A DNA stretch of 64,000 nucleotides from Botryllus schlosseri (lineage: Eukaryota). Positions 1 to 13,020 of this stretch are shown piece after piece; within the stretch, counting starts at the first letter, position 1; the number at the start of each line of letters is the position of its first letter. Under the pieces are notes generated by a model that was given only the letters and a program-made list of their open reading frames with translations, was not told the DNA's origin and ran no database searches. Location of the stretch: positions 30,134,001 through 30,198,000 of the forward strand of contig CM119372.1 in the NCBI GenBank assembly GCA_051294905.1. The letters are read 5' to 3'. The translations under genes were made by a program, and so were the position numbers.

Positions 1-838
1 GTAATTCTTTCAAGATATTATCCTTTTATTAAAAAGCAAATCACGAGATATCTATCACGAGATATCTATTATAGAGTAGGCTAATTTGTTCCGGGAAATC
101 TGAAGTGAACTATGTGGACATGGATATGAATTTGGAACTGGGATATTTAGATATCCCTGATTTGGAATAACACGGAGATTTGAAGACTTTGATCGGATTG
201 GTCGGAGTGAGATTTACCACGTTGTAAATCTGGTTTGGATTGGAGCCTGGAATATTTTATCATTTTCCATTTTTATTCGATGGTCGAATACCAGTATATA
301 GACGCCAGACACTACCATGTTTGGAATTGGATGTGGGCAGTGAACATGATGCGATGGAAATTTTGGATTATATTTTAACGTCAAATCTGGGATGGAATTT
401 GGATTTTAAAATAATAAATCCGCTTATCTATGTGTGGTCTATGTGCACAGTTCTTAACTTCTTACGGGGGTCATGGAATTCGTGGATTGCTGTCATTTAT
501 TGCTCCGAGTAATTTATTATTTATGTAGACCTATATAATAATCCTGATTGATATTTGAAATGATTCAGTTACTCACTACATACCTTACACGTGGCGCACC
601 AGGCCGTTGGCAGTAATATTCACCACTTCTTTTTATTCATCTATTTATAATATTATAATTATTATTAATAATATAATAATACTATCAACTCTCACGGACT
701 GTCTCAAAGTGCATTGAAAGACAACACTTAACACTGTAATCATGTCGCTATCCACCTAAAAGCCCTACGGTTCCATAAGAGAATACACTATATCGGTGCA
801 CTTTTCTTTATTACCGAAATGCACTATCGGTTTGCAGA

Positions 839-1000
839 TTACCACGGGTTCCTGTCAAAGCAGTGCCCATGCACGAATTCAAGCCTCATAGATATGTGAT
901 TGTTCCACGACAGAGGATAAATCCGAATGTATCGACATGACAGTACCGTTGGAAAGCGATTGTAGACTTTCGTCTCCTTGTCAGAATTCCCTGTGTAGAT
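839..1000 (-). CDS. Copy A exon 5 (discoidin C-terminal part, stop)
   Basis: IYTGNSDKETKVYNRFPTVLSCRYIRIYPLSWNNHISMRLEFVHGHCFDRNPW*; AATAAA on minus strand at 807-812. Confidence 0.92.
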   Translation of the reverse strand: MYTGNSDKETKVYNRFPTVLSCRYIRIYPLSWNNHISMRLEFVHGHCFDRNPW

Positions 1001-4000
1001 CTGAGAATAAAAAATAAAATTACCAATAGCATTCATTTCTAGACTAGTGTTTGTCAAATTTGTTAGAATAGTGGAACCATTCCGTATTTATCGAAAAATA
1101 GGCACACTCGAGTAGGCCTACTTGCGCATTGCCATTGTAAATAAGTGTATTTCGGCCTATACAAAAACACAGTTTCATCAATAATGTAATGCGAATCGGG
1201 CTGTTTCGCACGTCACAATTATAATAGTGTATGAATATCTCCCATCAATATTCGATTTTGAATGTGTTTCAACATAAGAGCGAAAAATCCTTGCTGGAAA
1301 AAGTATATCCAATCGGCTACATGTTGGGTACATAAAAGCGAGGATTGAAATCGCAATTACGTACTACAATTTGGAGATCCAAAATAGTTTTCTTCAATTT
1401 TACAGCCAGGTTCGGATGGCGAAACAACTATTTTTAATAACTGAATGAGGACTGGCTGTATTTATGAAGATTGATGTATCAAAAGATATATATAGTTGTT
1501 TGTTGTTTTATTAACGCTTATAATTGGCGCTTGCAACATCGTGGTTATTTGCGCCCACACAGTAAATTTCATAATCGCATAATGGCATGTCTTCATGAAC
1601 TTGAGTCTTTTTTTCGGCTCATTTGCTGCCTCCTTTCACGAGTTCGGCTCTCTCTTCGTCTGGGCTTTTCAATGCGCTGTATTACAGCGGGATCGGCGAT
1701 GAGGAGCCCAGATAAACCTCCGACACATAGAAATATGGCAGAGCCGAGACTCGAACCATCAACCGTCGATGTCGTGACTACAGTGTTTAACCAACTGCGC
1801 CACTCGCTTATATAGTAACTTGCAAACTACGAACTAGTGAGTACCGCCATTTGAGGACTTCGTATATTATATTTCTTTTTCTTTTTTCGTGTCGCACCAG
1901 CGAAATATAGTTTCAGCCATACTATGAATCAATGACGTCCGAGAATAGACATGAATGTAAATTACGTCAGCAGGTTATTTCATGTCGGTGACCAATGATC
2001 TGTGACTTCTCAATCACTTTCAATAACGTTTTTGTTTCTTGAAAATTCAACATTTCCAAGATTTCTATGCTAGTGGATTTCGTGGAATTCTAGCATGTGT
2101 AATTGGGTTTTCGAAGTATTATATTTCCTATGGTTCGGAGCTGAGAAGTCGCCAGTACTACAAGTTCGTAATCGTTAGTAAAATGCAAAATGAATATTGA
2201 ATGGGCCACCCAAATCGCTAACGTAAGCTATATACGACAATAAAACAGTATTCATTGGGACATTGGAAGTTGGAGTGGAAATATCGCGAAGATAGTCAAC
2301 ACGTAAATTGAAAGGGTTGGAGCAAATATTTTAAACAATGACATGACCTATTATTATCACGATGGCCATGCACTGCCCAGGTCAAATATTTGTAGGCAAA
2401 GGTCGCTATTCGCCACCTCACTTCTCTTTAGCCACGCAACAGATTGCGGGAATTCATACCGAATGGAAAAAGACAGTATGTTGATTTAATTTATTTAAAT
2501 ATATAATCATCCCTATATTTCCGTCCGCACATCTGATGTATAGTCGTGACGCAAAACTAAACATTGTTTTGATATGTGTCACTCAACTTATGTTTGAATA
2601 TACTAATAATAATTTGGGGTCGCGACTCGCGACCATGAAGAGCTTGGAAACCCCTGCACTCGATACACGGGAGCGTTTTGTAAGTGTTGCGCGAAGAGTT
2701 TGACAGGTTTTTATTGATTTATTGCATTTTTATCGTATATCAATGTAGTTATTTCGTATTTACAATTTGCTGTGCTGCTGTCCATTACAAATACAAAACC
2801 TAGGAATTACTTCAGCTGTGCAGCAGTTCCAATTTGGTATTATTGCGTCACATGGATCACAACAAAGAAAAAGCAAGCAACACATAACCCGGGGTCGGGG
2901 ACCTTTTTCGTCCGAAAAGCCATATTGCCGCTGTATGTTCCATTTCAACTCTCAAAGAGCTATACATGTCAATCAATTGTTACGTCACAATTGAAAATTC
3001 GGGACGTCATGTTCGCAGGGTTAGGATTAGGAACTCGGTACATGTGATTCGCCGTGTCCGCCATATTTCCCTGTAAAAACTGGTACCAATCATGCTGGTT
3101 GCATTATTTGAGCACGCGAAACTTGATTGACATTTTTCTTTTGCAAGTCACACATTTTAATTACATCGCCTCAGTTAAACGAGATCGTGGAGATAGTGTC
3201 TCACCAGTCGTCAGGATGAGTGAACGAAAGTTGCGAAACCTTCAATGATCATTGGTACATTTTATCGATGTTGATGAATGACTTCAATTAGAGAATTTTT
3301 GCTCCAAAAATCACGCAATTTGCTAATTTATTGTTCGCGTCACGTCTGTGATAGCGTATCATTTGTGATAGCGCAATTCATCGTAAGAATTATCATCGCT
3401 TAGAATTTATAATAAGGGATTTCACTCGAATGTAATAGTCGCACTGATTCCAAAAATATAAATATTGAGCGACTTCTCAATTCTCAAAGTATTCGCGGCA
3501 ACATAACGTTGCACTACACGTCTACATTTTAACGGTGGTACGAAAAAGCTACTTACCAATCAAGAACGTGGATAACTATGGCGCTGTTTGTAATTTGAAT
3601 TTGTGATTATTAACGACACTTCCACGCCAGTTCATTTCTCGCCGTACATCAGGACGACAATGTGCATTTATAAACTGCATTGTCATACAGGCGTCGCCAT
3701 GTCCGCTATTCTCTTTGATCAATAATCATATCGTGCAATCCAAGATTTCGAGTCGGGTAAATCGAATTTGGCAGTGATAATGGTCGCCGGCACGACATCA
3801 ACTTGAATTTGAGGATTTTGACAAGGCGGTCCGAACACCTAACCCTGAATATACGCCACTGTCTTGACCTCTCAAAGGCATGTTTCTACTGCGACGAGAA
3901 TAATTATTTTGGCTGTGATGAAAATTTACTAACAAGTTGCTGCAATATTGATAGATTTAGAAAAAAATTGAAATTTGGCAATGAGCCATATCGTAAGCCC

Positions 4001-7000
4001 AAAAGAGCCATATATGGCTCGGGAGCCATAGGTTCCCGACCACTAACATAAGGTCTAACAGACTATTTCATCAATATAGAAAAGGCAGGATAAATCTTAA
4101 CCTTGTCGAAATGAATGGATAATCCCCCATACCTGAATCGCAATCGAATACGGAGGAGAATTTAGGCAAAGCTTCTGATTTATTTGAAAATTTGAAAACC
4201 CTGTCAAAGGCCGGCCATAAAGTAAATCTTGTTAAACCGTATTGATTCGAAACATCCAGAACAGGCGAATTGTGATTGTCGCCTCCACATGGGAGTGTGC
4301 GCAAGCGTTCTAGGCGTTGATGGCCATTGGCGTGTTATGAGCCTGGACATGATCTCCGAGTTGCTGTGCGTAATGTTTTATCTCGGATAGACAAGCATAA
4401 GCGGAAGAAGCAGTCGTATTCTGGTGCTCTAACAACGACACAACTAATATTTACCAGTACATATGAATAACAATAGGTCATTCAGGAGCTGGGTGGTCCG
4501 TAGTGTAATCAGAGGTGGTCAGTAACGAAGTAGCCTACTTTTACTTTTTTGAAGTACCCAAGTAGTTTTCCTCTACTTCTGGTAAGTACTTACTTCTGGT
4601 ACTTACTTACTTAGCGCTATTTTCATTTTGTCAAGTAGAAGTAGTTTAGTCCACCGATAAGAAAGATAGCCTAAGGAATTTCGGGGCTGTTTTCACGTAG
4701 TACCAACATTTAATTTTCATAAAAGTCATGTAATACCCAGAATTTTCGTTGCGCTTCGCGCACCGTAGATATGGAGAGACAAATATGTCTTAACGAAAGT
4801 ATCGCTGAGTATAATTTAGATACCGGGTTGTGTGGTTCCGTTCACACCGCATTGTCACCAATACTAAGTATTTCATCACAGTAACTATGCCCCCCCCCCC
4901 CCAGAACGTTTGAAACCATCGTTTCGCAATCTAGTAATAACCTATTATACCTAGCAGCCCATGACGTGTCCTAATCTGGATAAGTGGACTTCGACTTTTT
5001 TTAGACGTTAGACCTGTTTTAGCAGACCACCATTGAAACTGTTTGGACAAAAGACATAAAATATATTTTCCGCTTTTTAGAAGTAGCAGGCCTATTTGTA
5101 TTTTTCTTTCAATTGCGAGTATTATACGTCGAGTTCTAATTATGGTTTCAGATCTATTGTCTGGAAAACATACATATTGAAGTATAAAAGCAATTGTAAA
5201 TGCCTTCTATTTTCCGAAAATGCAGCTATACACGATATGGCATTTTTATGATCTGCCATATTTTTAATTAAGGTATACTAATCGCGCAAAGTGTTAAAGC
5301 CGTATCCGACACAACTTCTCCGTATTGCTCTTCGACTGAACTATAATATGGGGGCGGTGTGCCATGCCATGATATTCTCTAAAATCGGGTGCTCGAGTAA
5401 ACAACGAATTAGTATTGCATTTCCATATCAATGCTATCATTAACATCCCATGATGTGGACGACTGCTTATTCTGTCACAAATTGATGCCTCCTGGGATGC
5501 ATCAATATGAATCAAGCTCACTACACCCTCCGTATAGCTCCATTTGCAGCTTTTGACAGTCCATGCGAACGAATTACGATAGTTTTCTCAACTGCTTACT
5601 TACTCGAGTAGATTTAAAGTCAATCAATTCTACTTCTACTTCAAGTAGTTTTAGGTTGCCAATTGAAGAAGTACTTCTATTCGTACTTGAGTAGATTTTT
5701 TCGTCGCTACTTCTACTTCTATTTGAGTAGCTTTTTCGACTACTTTGACCACCTCTGAGTGTAATAAATAACAAATTACTGGTACGCCATCGGAGAAAGT
5801 TAGAAAAACATTGAGCCATACTTATGTCAAGTCACCATTGCACCAACTGAGATATACCTTATCGGAGCCGCCGACTTGAATGGTTGTCAGACTGTCATCA
5901 TTCATACCACACGCCACTTTGTATTGGCGCACCCACTGATTGTACAACGTTGGACGCCCTTGCGTGATCACTCCTGCCACCTTTTTCACCGTTCCGAAGT
6001 CAACTTGTATCCATTCGCCGACTTTGTCTGTTTAAGAAGAGATGCACTTTGCTTACCAGTCTCAAAATCGTAACGAACTGGTCTTATTATTAACCAGCGT
6101 TGTGGGCCAGAGATCGGCAATGAGCATGAATTTTGATAGGAAGAAACCGGATTGTAAGATCTTGGCCGTATTTGGATCAGATTAGTATGTTCAACATTTT
6201 GGAAGTGGATTTGGAATCAGACATGGAATTTAAAATAATTATTAAGTGATCACTATAATATTTGAAAATATTCTTGGAGGTACACATCTTCAACATAACA
6301 ATAGAACCAAACCCTGTTATATTCGGCTAACACTCGTCAGGGGTAGGCATAATAGTCATCGACTAGTAGAGAATTTCCTCAAAGAGCTTTGTATATTAAC
6401 AATGGTGAGCAGAAGGCTTAGGGTTGGTACAAACTAGACTAGATTGCCGCATTTTCATAAAAGTTAATTGCAAGGCACATAAATGACAGAATTATCTTAT
6501 TGGAAATATGCCTATGGCCAGGTATGGCCTTGTAGGCTGTAGTAATTCAAGCGAAACGGTATGGTAGTTGAGCATTTTACAACGTGTTACGAACTCAGCA
6601 ACGGCGGTCGACAATTGGGGTAACGAAGGTATGTTGCCTTGGGCAAGCAATAAGCATGATTTCAAGAAGTGGCTAACTGTTACAATGCAACCTGATGATC
6701 ACTATCATATCCTATGAACTCATACGACTCTGTTAGCTAGATCTCATTTTACGACCGGTTACTGTTTTCTTCTTCATCCACCGTAGAAAATACGGTGTAT
6801 ACTTGTAAGCGTTCGGTGGACAGTTTCCAATATTCCTACGAGGAACGGTAGCTGTCAACCGTGTGAGCATTTCATAACGGCTGATTAAATGTTAAATAGT
6901 GCATTATGGATCAATCATCGCCGTATGCCCTGTTCAGCAAGCTACTACCGAATAAGAAATGGGAAAATTAACCTACTTTGCTTAGAAGACCATGAACCCC

Positions 7001-8279
7001 TGCTTTGCTCCGAAATTTGATTATCCAGGCGTGCTCGGTAATTCTCGTGGTCAATACCCCAAAAGCTTGAAGAGGTTATTGCAGAGTTTGGAATCAGTCC
7101 CGACTTCATCCCCATGTAACACACTGAAATAGTGTTCGTCTAATTCACCCTGACAAACAATGCAAAATCTCACAAAACTCACGTTCAAACGTCCCGATCA
7201 GACTTTGTAAACCTGCAAAAACAGAGTTGGAATTACATATCTCTTATAAATCGTGTATGTGCATCCCTATTTTGATTTATGTGTGAATGTCTCGGAAGTG
7301 GTTGGGTGAAATTGCCATGACAACTCAGCGATGCAGACCTCGTATTCACATCGCCGTTGGTCATTTTCAGTTAGTCAGGAAGATGCATACTATATTTTTA
7401 GAAACCGGCGAAGTTCTCCACACCACGTTCCAATCTACTTCTTCAAACTACATACTTGACTATTTTTCCCACCTGCAACATTTTACCTTTACTTGAATTA
7501 GAAAATAGCTATGGTAGCCTACTGCAACGATCCCTTATCGTCGAGCCATGTAATTTATATCTCGTGCGCTTACCGCGCCATGTATTGCCAATTGATTTGA
7601 CATCCTGTCGTAATTTACTAAAAGTATAGAATGCCACGATTCGACAGAATCGGTGAGACTCATTTGCTACACCTACTTGCATTAACGTCTGAAATAAACT
7701 TAGTATGTCTTGCGTAATATCGGTGGATTCAAGAGGATCTCGTACGCACAGGTCAGAAATTCCAGGCTACGTAGCAATTCAGCTAAACCTAATACCTTGG
7801 TTAGCTCTTTCTACTCCCAGGAACATCACTTCTACTTGTACTCGAATGAAAACTTTTCCATCCAAGTTAGTGTGCTTTTATGAGTATATATGGTATAGTA
7901 TTCCCTGGTCACAAAGAGTTTGTTTATATTGTCCAACTACGTTATCAAACCAAGCTGGTGGTATCTGTATCAGAACGTTGCAGAATTGAAACTGAAAGCG
8001 ATCACAGCCGGAAACACGAGGTCTCACTTATTATTCTTTGATAAATTTTCTGATTTATTTTGGGGTCGGTTTCAATACATCATTACAGCAACAATACAGA
8101 GTTACTCACGGCTTTAGCGTCGGGTTAATTGTTCCGGAACACCGAGAAACGTTTATTAAGTACATACTTTGATCGATCATCATTTGGCACTTTGCCCCGA
8201 CTGCATCATCCACTGGGCACTCGCTTGCTCTTGCACACGCATAGGTCACGATCACAACCAGCAACACTTTCAGATGCAT
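839..8279 (-). CDS. Copy A: secreted single F5/8 type C (discoidin) domain protein, 5 exons, 206 aa (retinoschisin/lactadherin-like)
   Basis: Exons 8279-8168, 7212-7183, 7123-6977, 6027-5858, 1000-839 (112+30+147+170+162 = 621 nt). All introns GT-AG with consistent phase. Protein MHLKVLLVVIVTYACARA.. (signal peptide-like), then LCYMGMKSGLIPNSAITSSS..ARLD..GSWSS..EWIQVDFG..VAGVITQGR..QWVRQYKV..IYTGNSD..RYIRIYPLSWNNHISMRLEFVHGHC, which are canonical FA58C motifs. Confidence 0.9.
1495..1808 (-). mobile_element. tRNA-derived SINE
   Basis: Minus-strand head GAGTGGCGCAGTTGGTTAA (A box)...GGTTCGAGTC (B box); core GTGTCGGAGGTTTATCT; AAC-rich tail. Confidence 0.7.
3770..3862 (-). mobile_element. Degenerate tRNA-like SINE head
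   Basis: AGTGGCGTATATTCAGGGTTAGGTG...AATTCAAGT; eroded A/B boxes. Confidence 0.35.
4510..5757. mobile_element. Non-autonomous hAT-type element (CAGAGGTGGTC termini)
   Basis: TIR CAGAGGTGGTC; TSD AGTGTAAT at 4502-4509 and 5758-5765; AGTAG-rich subterminal repeats. Confidence 0.85.
5858..6027 (-). CDS. Copy A exon 4 (discoidin middle)
   Basis: KVGEWIQVDFGTVKKVAGVITQGRPTLYNQWVRQYKVACGMNDDSLTTIQVGGSDK; AG/GT flanks. Confidence 0.92.
6270..6402 (-). mobile_element. Old solo Penelope pLTR fragment in intron 3 (also ~29185-29335 and ~46030-46190)
   Basis: Similar to 51480-51677, including CCCCTGACGAGTGTTAGCCGAA; same intronic position in all three gene copies. Confidence 0.7.
6977..7123 (-). CDS. 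Copy A exon 3 (discoidin N-terminal part)
   Basis: CYMGMKSGLIPNSAITSSSFWGIDHENYRARLDNQISEQSRGSWSSKQ; AG/GT flanks. Confidence 0.9.
7183..7212 (-). CDS. Copy A exon 2 (30-nt linker exon)
   Basis: ttttgcAG|GTTTACAAAGTCTGATCGGGACGTTTGAAC|GTGAGT; phase 1-1; conserved in B and C. Confidence 0.8.
8168..8279 (-). CDS. Copy A exon 1 (signal peptide + C-X9-C)
   Basis: ATG at 8279; MHLKVLLVVIVTYACARASECPVDDAVGAKCQMMIDQ; donor GTATGT; conserved in copies B and C. Confidence 0.85.
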
Positions 8280-8340
8280 CCTTTATTCGGTTCACCAGCA
8301 AACGAAGTAAAGATATAATTTGGGATCTCCCGGTGCCTCC

Positions 8341-8347
8341 TTATATA
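8341..8347 (-). promoter_or_regulatory. TATA box, copy A
   Basis: TATATAA about 62 bp upstream of the ATG; same position in B and C. Confidence 0.7.
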
Positions 8348-9516
8348 CCGTTTCCCGCACTGAAACATACAAAAAAATCGTGTGGTTTCATGTCGTGCGA
8401 TTTGCGCCGACAGAACGTATTGCCTCGCCAATTGTTCAAAGTAAATTTTCTCTGCAGAGGAATGAAAGATTAAATTAAATCTATGTTTGTGAATGCGCAA
8501 TGCAGACTCCTTTGCTTTTTGAGGAAGCAAGCTGATGATTGACAGGATAATGATTAGCTGCTTCCCAACGTCAATGCGGCGCCAACATTTCACAACGCTG
8601 ACCTACTGATATTCCATCATACCGAATAATTGACGGATATTGAGCTCGTGAAACCAGGCGCCTCCGAAAATGATGACTGCTCTCGTGCTCTTACATGACC
8701 TCATTCCGTCATTATGTGAGGGTTCGGGAAATTGTCACTCGCAATTTTCCTGTGACTATTTCGACGACTAAACATAGCCTAAGCCTACATCGGATTGATA
8801 TTTTTGCATAGAATAACTTGTATTCCTGAAGTAAGTGAAAACACAGCTACCATCATATTAAAAGCGGCACACAACATGCGACAAATTTTAGTGTACTTTT
8901 CATCCACACACCCGTTAATTCATATCCCGTGGCACAGACATAATGTTGGGTCAAATAAACTTGTTGTTTTGGGTTGCTTTTAGGTTGATTTGGATACAAC
9001 AGGATTTTATCTTACCTCAAGGACTAATATATAGGCTCACACGTAGCTAGTGTCACAGATTCATTTTATCGAGCATCAGTGGAGGTAGGATGATCAAGTC
9101 AAGTTCTGTAGCTGCTTCGATACCGGATAATTGTATATATCCTGTTTTTTATGCCAAAGTTCCATCATCGATCGTGGTTGTATTCAGACGGAAAACTCGG
9201 ACGACGAATTGTATTACGGCAGTGGTTCCCAACCAAGGGGGAAGTCCCCTCTTAGGGGAAATTTTGAAATTTTTCGGGGGGAATCTGGCTTTAGGGTTGT
9301 ATCGGAAGATACACTCGGTTCACAAGGTTTTTAGATTTTTATTGTAGAGCAGTTAAGTATGAAACTAGTTCTTTACAACTGTACGTTTCTTTGGCGGATT
9401 TTAAGGTATGTGTATGTTTAAATGCCTTCCATAGATATTACAACCCCTGATAACCTGAGGCTCATGAGACGATTTCGTTGGGCCCTTGACAGCCTCTCGA
9501 CCAAATTTCTACTAAG

Positions 9517-10466
9517 CAGTGTTGGGGTGACTCGAGTCATGACTTGACTCGAATCAGAGTCGAGTCAAGTTTTCGTGTGACTTGACTCGAATCGAGTCAC
9601 TTTGCAAAAATTTCTAGACTTGACTTGACTCGGCGCTTCAGAAATGTGGATTGACTCGTGACTGGGAGAAAAACTTACGAGTAAATTTCAAATCAATAAT
9701 AAGTAACGGTGTCGATTAAATCACCATATCTTGCATATATATGGATTGTTCGCGATACGCCAGTATTACTTGTGATCGCAAACCGTCATTCACTGATTGC
9801 ATGTTTCACTGATCTGCCATTGTTACATTACAAATACATTGACCTCGAATGAAATGATCACAGCTTACGTTGTCGTAAGAGTAGTAGATTAATCTAATAG
9901 CAACGTATCTCTATTTATTTGACGGTTCTGTGCTTACACTGCACAGTGCTCACCCTTACCAACTCTATTGTGTGATTCTAATAAAACAAATATAGTTCAC
10001 GCGTTTATTTTCTCATGGATGCGTAGATGGTGAGTGTATTGTAACATGTCAAGTTGTTTCAACTTCTTGAGGCTTCGCATTCCATCCTCTATTTTGGCTG
10101 ATAATAACAGACTGTAGCATGTAGCTATACAGTCACTCACGTGTTTTATTAGCAGTTCTACGTATTCATAAGCGATACAACGCGTTTTGGCATGTGTATT
10201 TATAACTTTATATTAGGTATTTGAATCAAGATATATGGCCTATTAATCTGTCTTTCACACAGTTAGCAAAATGTAATGATTTCGAATGATCACTCAAACT
10301 TCAACAAATCAATTTGACTTGAATTGTGACTTGACTCGTGAATTGACTTGACTTGACTTGACTCGAATCACCTACAAAAACGAGTGACTTGACTTGACTC
10401 GAGTCAAAATGTGCAATGATTCGAGATGACTCATGACTCGAAAGTAGTGACTTGATCCCAACACTG
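9517..10466. mobile_element. hAT-type MITE, GACTCGAGTC/GACTT-repeat family
   Basis: TIR CAGTGTTGGG; TSD CTACTAAG at 9509-9516 and 10467-10474. Confidence 0.88.
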
Positions 10467-11795
10467 CTACTAAGCAGGAAAAAGTCGAGCCGAATTCAGC
10501 GCAAGGCCGCTGGTGAAAATGTTTACCTATTTGAGCCAACATATGATCTAACGTGAAAAGCATACCATATTCATCGATTCAGCTCAAGGCCGTAGCATAG
10601 GCCGGACTTATTGATTTATTTTTCGTCAGCGGCTACCCGACCGGTAAAAACAGGTCAAATTTAGCTGTACTTTTCCAAAGTGTGGTACAATCTTCATTCG
10701 ACACAGTTCGGACATATCTGAATATGTTTGGCCATACATTGCTCAGTCAACAAATGGCTGTGCGCTAAAAAGCGCCTTTTTTAGTCACTGGCAACTTTTT
10801 CATAGGCGGGAATTTTTGCTCAAATATCGGACAAGTGCGACACGAGACGAAGAAGGTTGGGAACCACTGTATTACGGTGATGGTACATTCGTCATGAATT
10901 TCGTCAAAAATTTAGCTTTGAATTAGGGTTACCATATTTTGAGATCCGGGAAGGAGGACACTTTTCACCGGCTGAAAAGTTACCACAGCAGACGCGATTT
11001 TTTATATTTGTAGTGATAATTTCGTTGTCTTGAATAAAAAAAGTCATCTTTCCGATTTGACTCACGAAATACCTGCGCTCACCATATATTATCGTTTGAC
11101 ATCTTATTTATAATTGTCCGCGGAAAAAAAAATGTGGCTGCGAAAATTCGAAAAATATGGTTTTCAACTATAATATTCCGTTCGAAAAAAAGGCCGGGAA
11201 TATGCCAGAATTCTGCCAGAACATCTCACGTCATCTTGGCATTGCGTCGTATAGCACTCTGGGTGCTTTTCCGGCGTTGCGAACTACATACCGGGATCTT
11301 GGGAGTTAAGGGGGTTGATATGGAGTTGACAGTCACGCTTCATTGACTTGAAGTACTAGTTCAAGTTTACCACAGAAAATTACCCAAAACCGGCTTAGTA
11401 AGTTTGCACACGGCTCGATACATGACAAGAGAAAGCAAACCGCGTTACTTCAAGCTGTATAAGTGGGAGTAGGGGCTCGAATGTGTATTGACCTAATTAC
11501 CACGCCCCTACGGAAATGAGTCATATAAAATTTCATATTTCGATTTCAGAGCTGGATATTTAGAAAACTAGCATATCGCGTGTTTGTTTTTGAAAGAGCT
11601 ATCAAAACACCAAAAGTTTTTATCAGATTACTGGTCATCGCATCCCACACCGCTTTTCAATCTGTGTTTAGCTTCATGATTGATCGATATTCATTTTAAT
11701 ACAAGGCGACCAACAGACCATGCATATACCGCGAAGTCTCATACGAATATAAAACCATGATATTGATCAAGCAATGTATAATGCATAAAAGAGTA

Positions 11796-13020
11796 TTGCA
11801 CGGAGAGATAATCCTCAGTCTTTCTCCGAAAGCGGTTGTATTCATGTATCCATACAGTCTTTACCTAGGCCTATTTTACAAGTAAATATACGGCGTTAAC
11901 ACCTTCTGCCATCATCGCACAAGAACGATTTGTTCCGACTTTCCGACCTGTAAGCACTAAGTACGGGTTATATTACCGAGAATAATAGAACCAGATGACT
12001 GCAATGCAATCCGATGTCATTCGCACGGAACATAATGAGGTTGTAATCTTGCAAATATCAAAATCGAGCAACAGGACTATATCATAAAACTGAAAGTATA
12101 CAGTTTTGCACGGATAGATATTCCTCAGTCTTTCTCCGAAAGCGGTTGCATTCGTGTATCCATACGGATGAATTTCTCTTCACCTAGGCTGATTTTACAT
12201 GGGAATATACGGCGTTACCACCTCCTGCCATCATCGCACAGGAACGACTTGTCACGACTTTTCAACCTGTAAGCACTAAGTACGGGTTATTACCGCGAAT
12301 AACAGAACCAGAAGACTGCAATGCAATACGATGTCATTCGCACGGAACATAATGAGATTGTAATCTTGCAAACATCAAGATCGAGCAACAGGACTAACTA
12401 AAATTTTTGGCACGGATAGATAATCCTCAGTCTTTCTCCGAAAGCGGTTGCATTCGTGTATCCATGCGGATGAATTTCTCTTCACCTAGGCTGATTTTAC
12501 ATGTAAATATACGGCGTTACCACCTCCTGCCATCATCGCACAGGAACGATTTGTCACGACGTTTCAACCTGTAAGCAGTAAGTACGGGTTATTACCGTGA
12601 ATAACAGAACCAGAAGACTGCAATGCAATCCGATGTCATTCGCACGGAACATAATGAGGTTGTAATCTTGCAAATATCAAGACCGAGCAACAGGACTATA
12701 TAATAAAACTAAAAATTTTTGCACGGATAGATAATCCTCAGTCTTTCTCCGAAACGGTTGCATTCGTGCATCCATACGGATGAATTTCTCTTCACCTAGG
12801 CTGGTTTTACGTGGAAATATATGGCGTTATAGTATACTACCTCCTGTCATCATCCCACAAGATTTGTCACGACTTTCCAAGATATAACCTCTATAGGTAC
12901 GGGTTTGTACCGCGAAGAACACTCCCAGAAGACTGTAATGCAATCCGATAATATTAGCACGAAACGTAATGAGATTGTAATCGTTCAAATAGCGAGATAG
13001 AGCAATTATTATAAAACTCA
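11796..13020. repeat. Tandem array of four ~305-bp units
   Basis: Units start near 11796, 12106, 12408 and 12719 (TTGCACGGATAGATAATCCTCAGTCTTTCTCCGAAAGCGG). Confidence 0.92.

Noticed and set aside
5876..6073. Conserved plus-strand ORFs (also 27159-27434 and 44041-44355)
   Set aside because: Antisense shadows of discoidin exon 4.
9517..10466. GACTTGACTCGAGTC clusters as CRISPR-like or regulatory arrays
   Set aside because: They are subterminal repeats inside TIR/TSD-bounded MITEs that recur through the window.
11796..13020. 305-bp array as a retrozyme or CRISPR array
   Set aside because: The only CTGAnGA (minus strand) has no correctly placed GAAA/UH, and the units are wholly repeated with no unique spacers.
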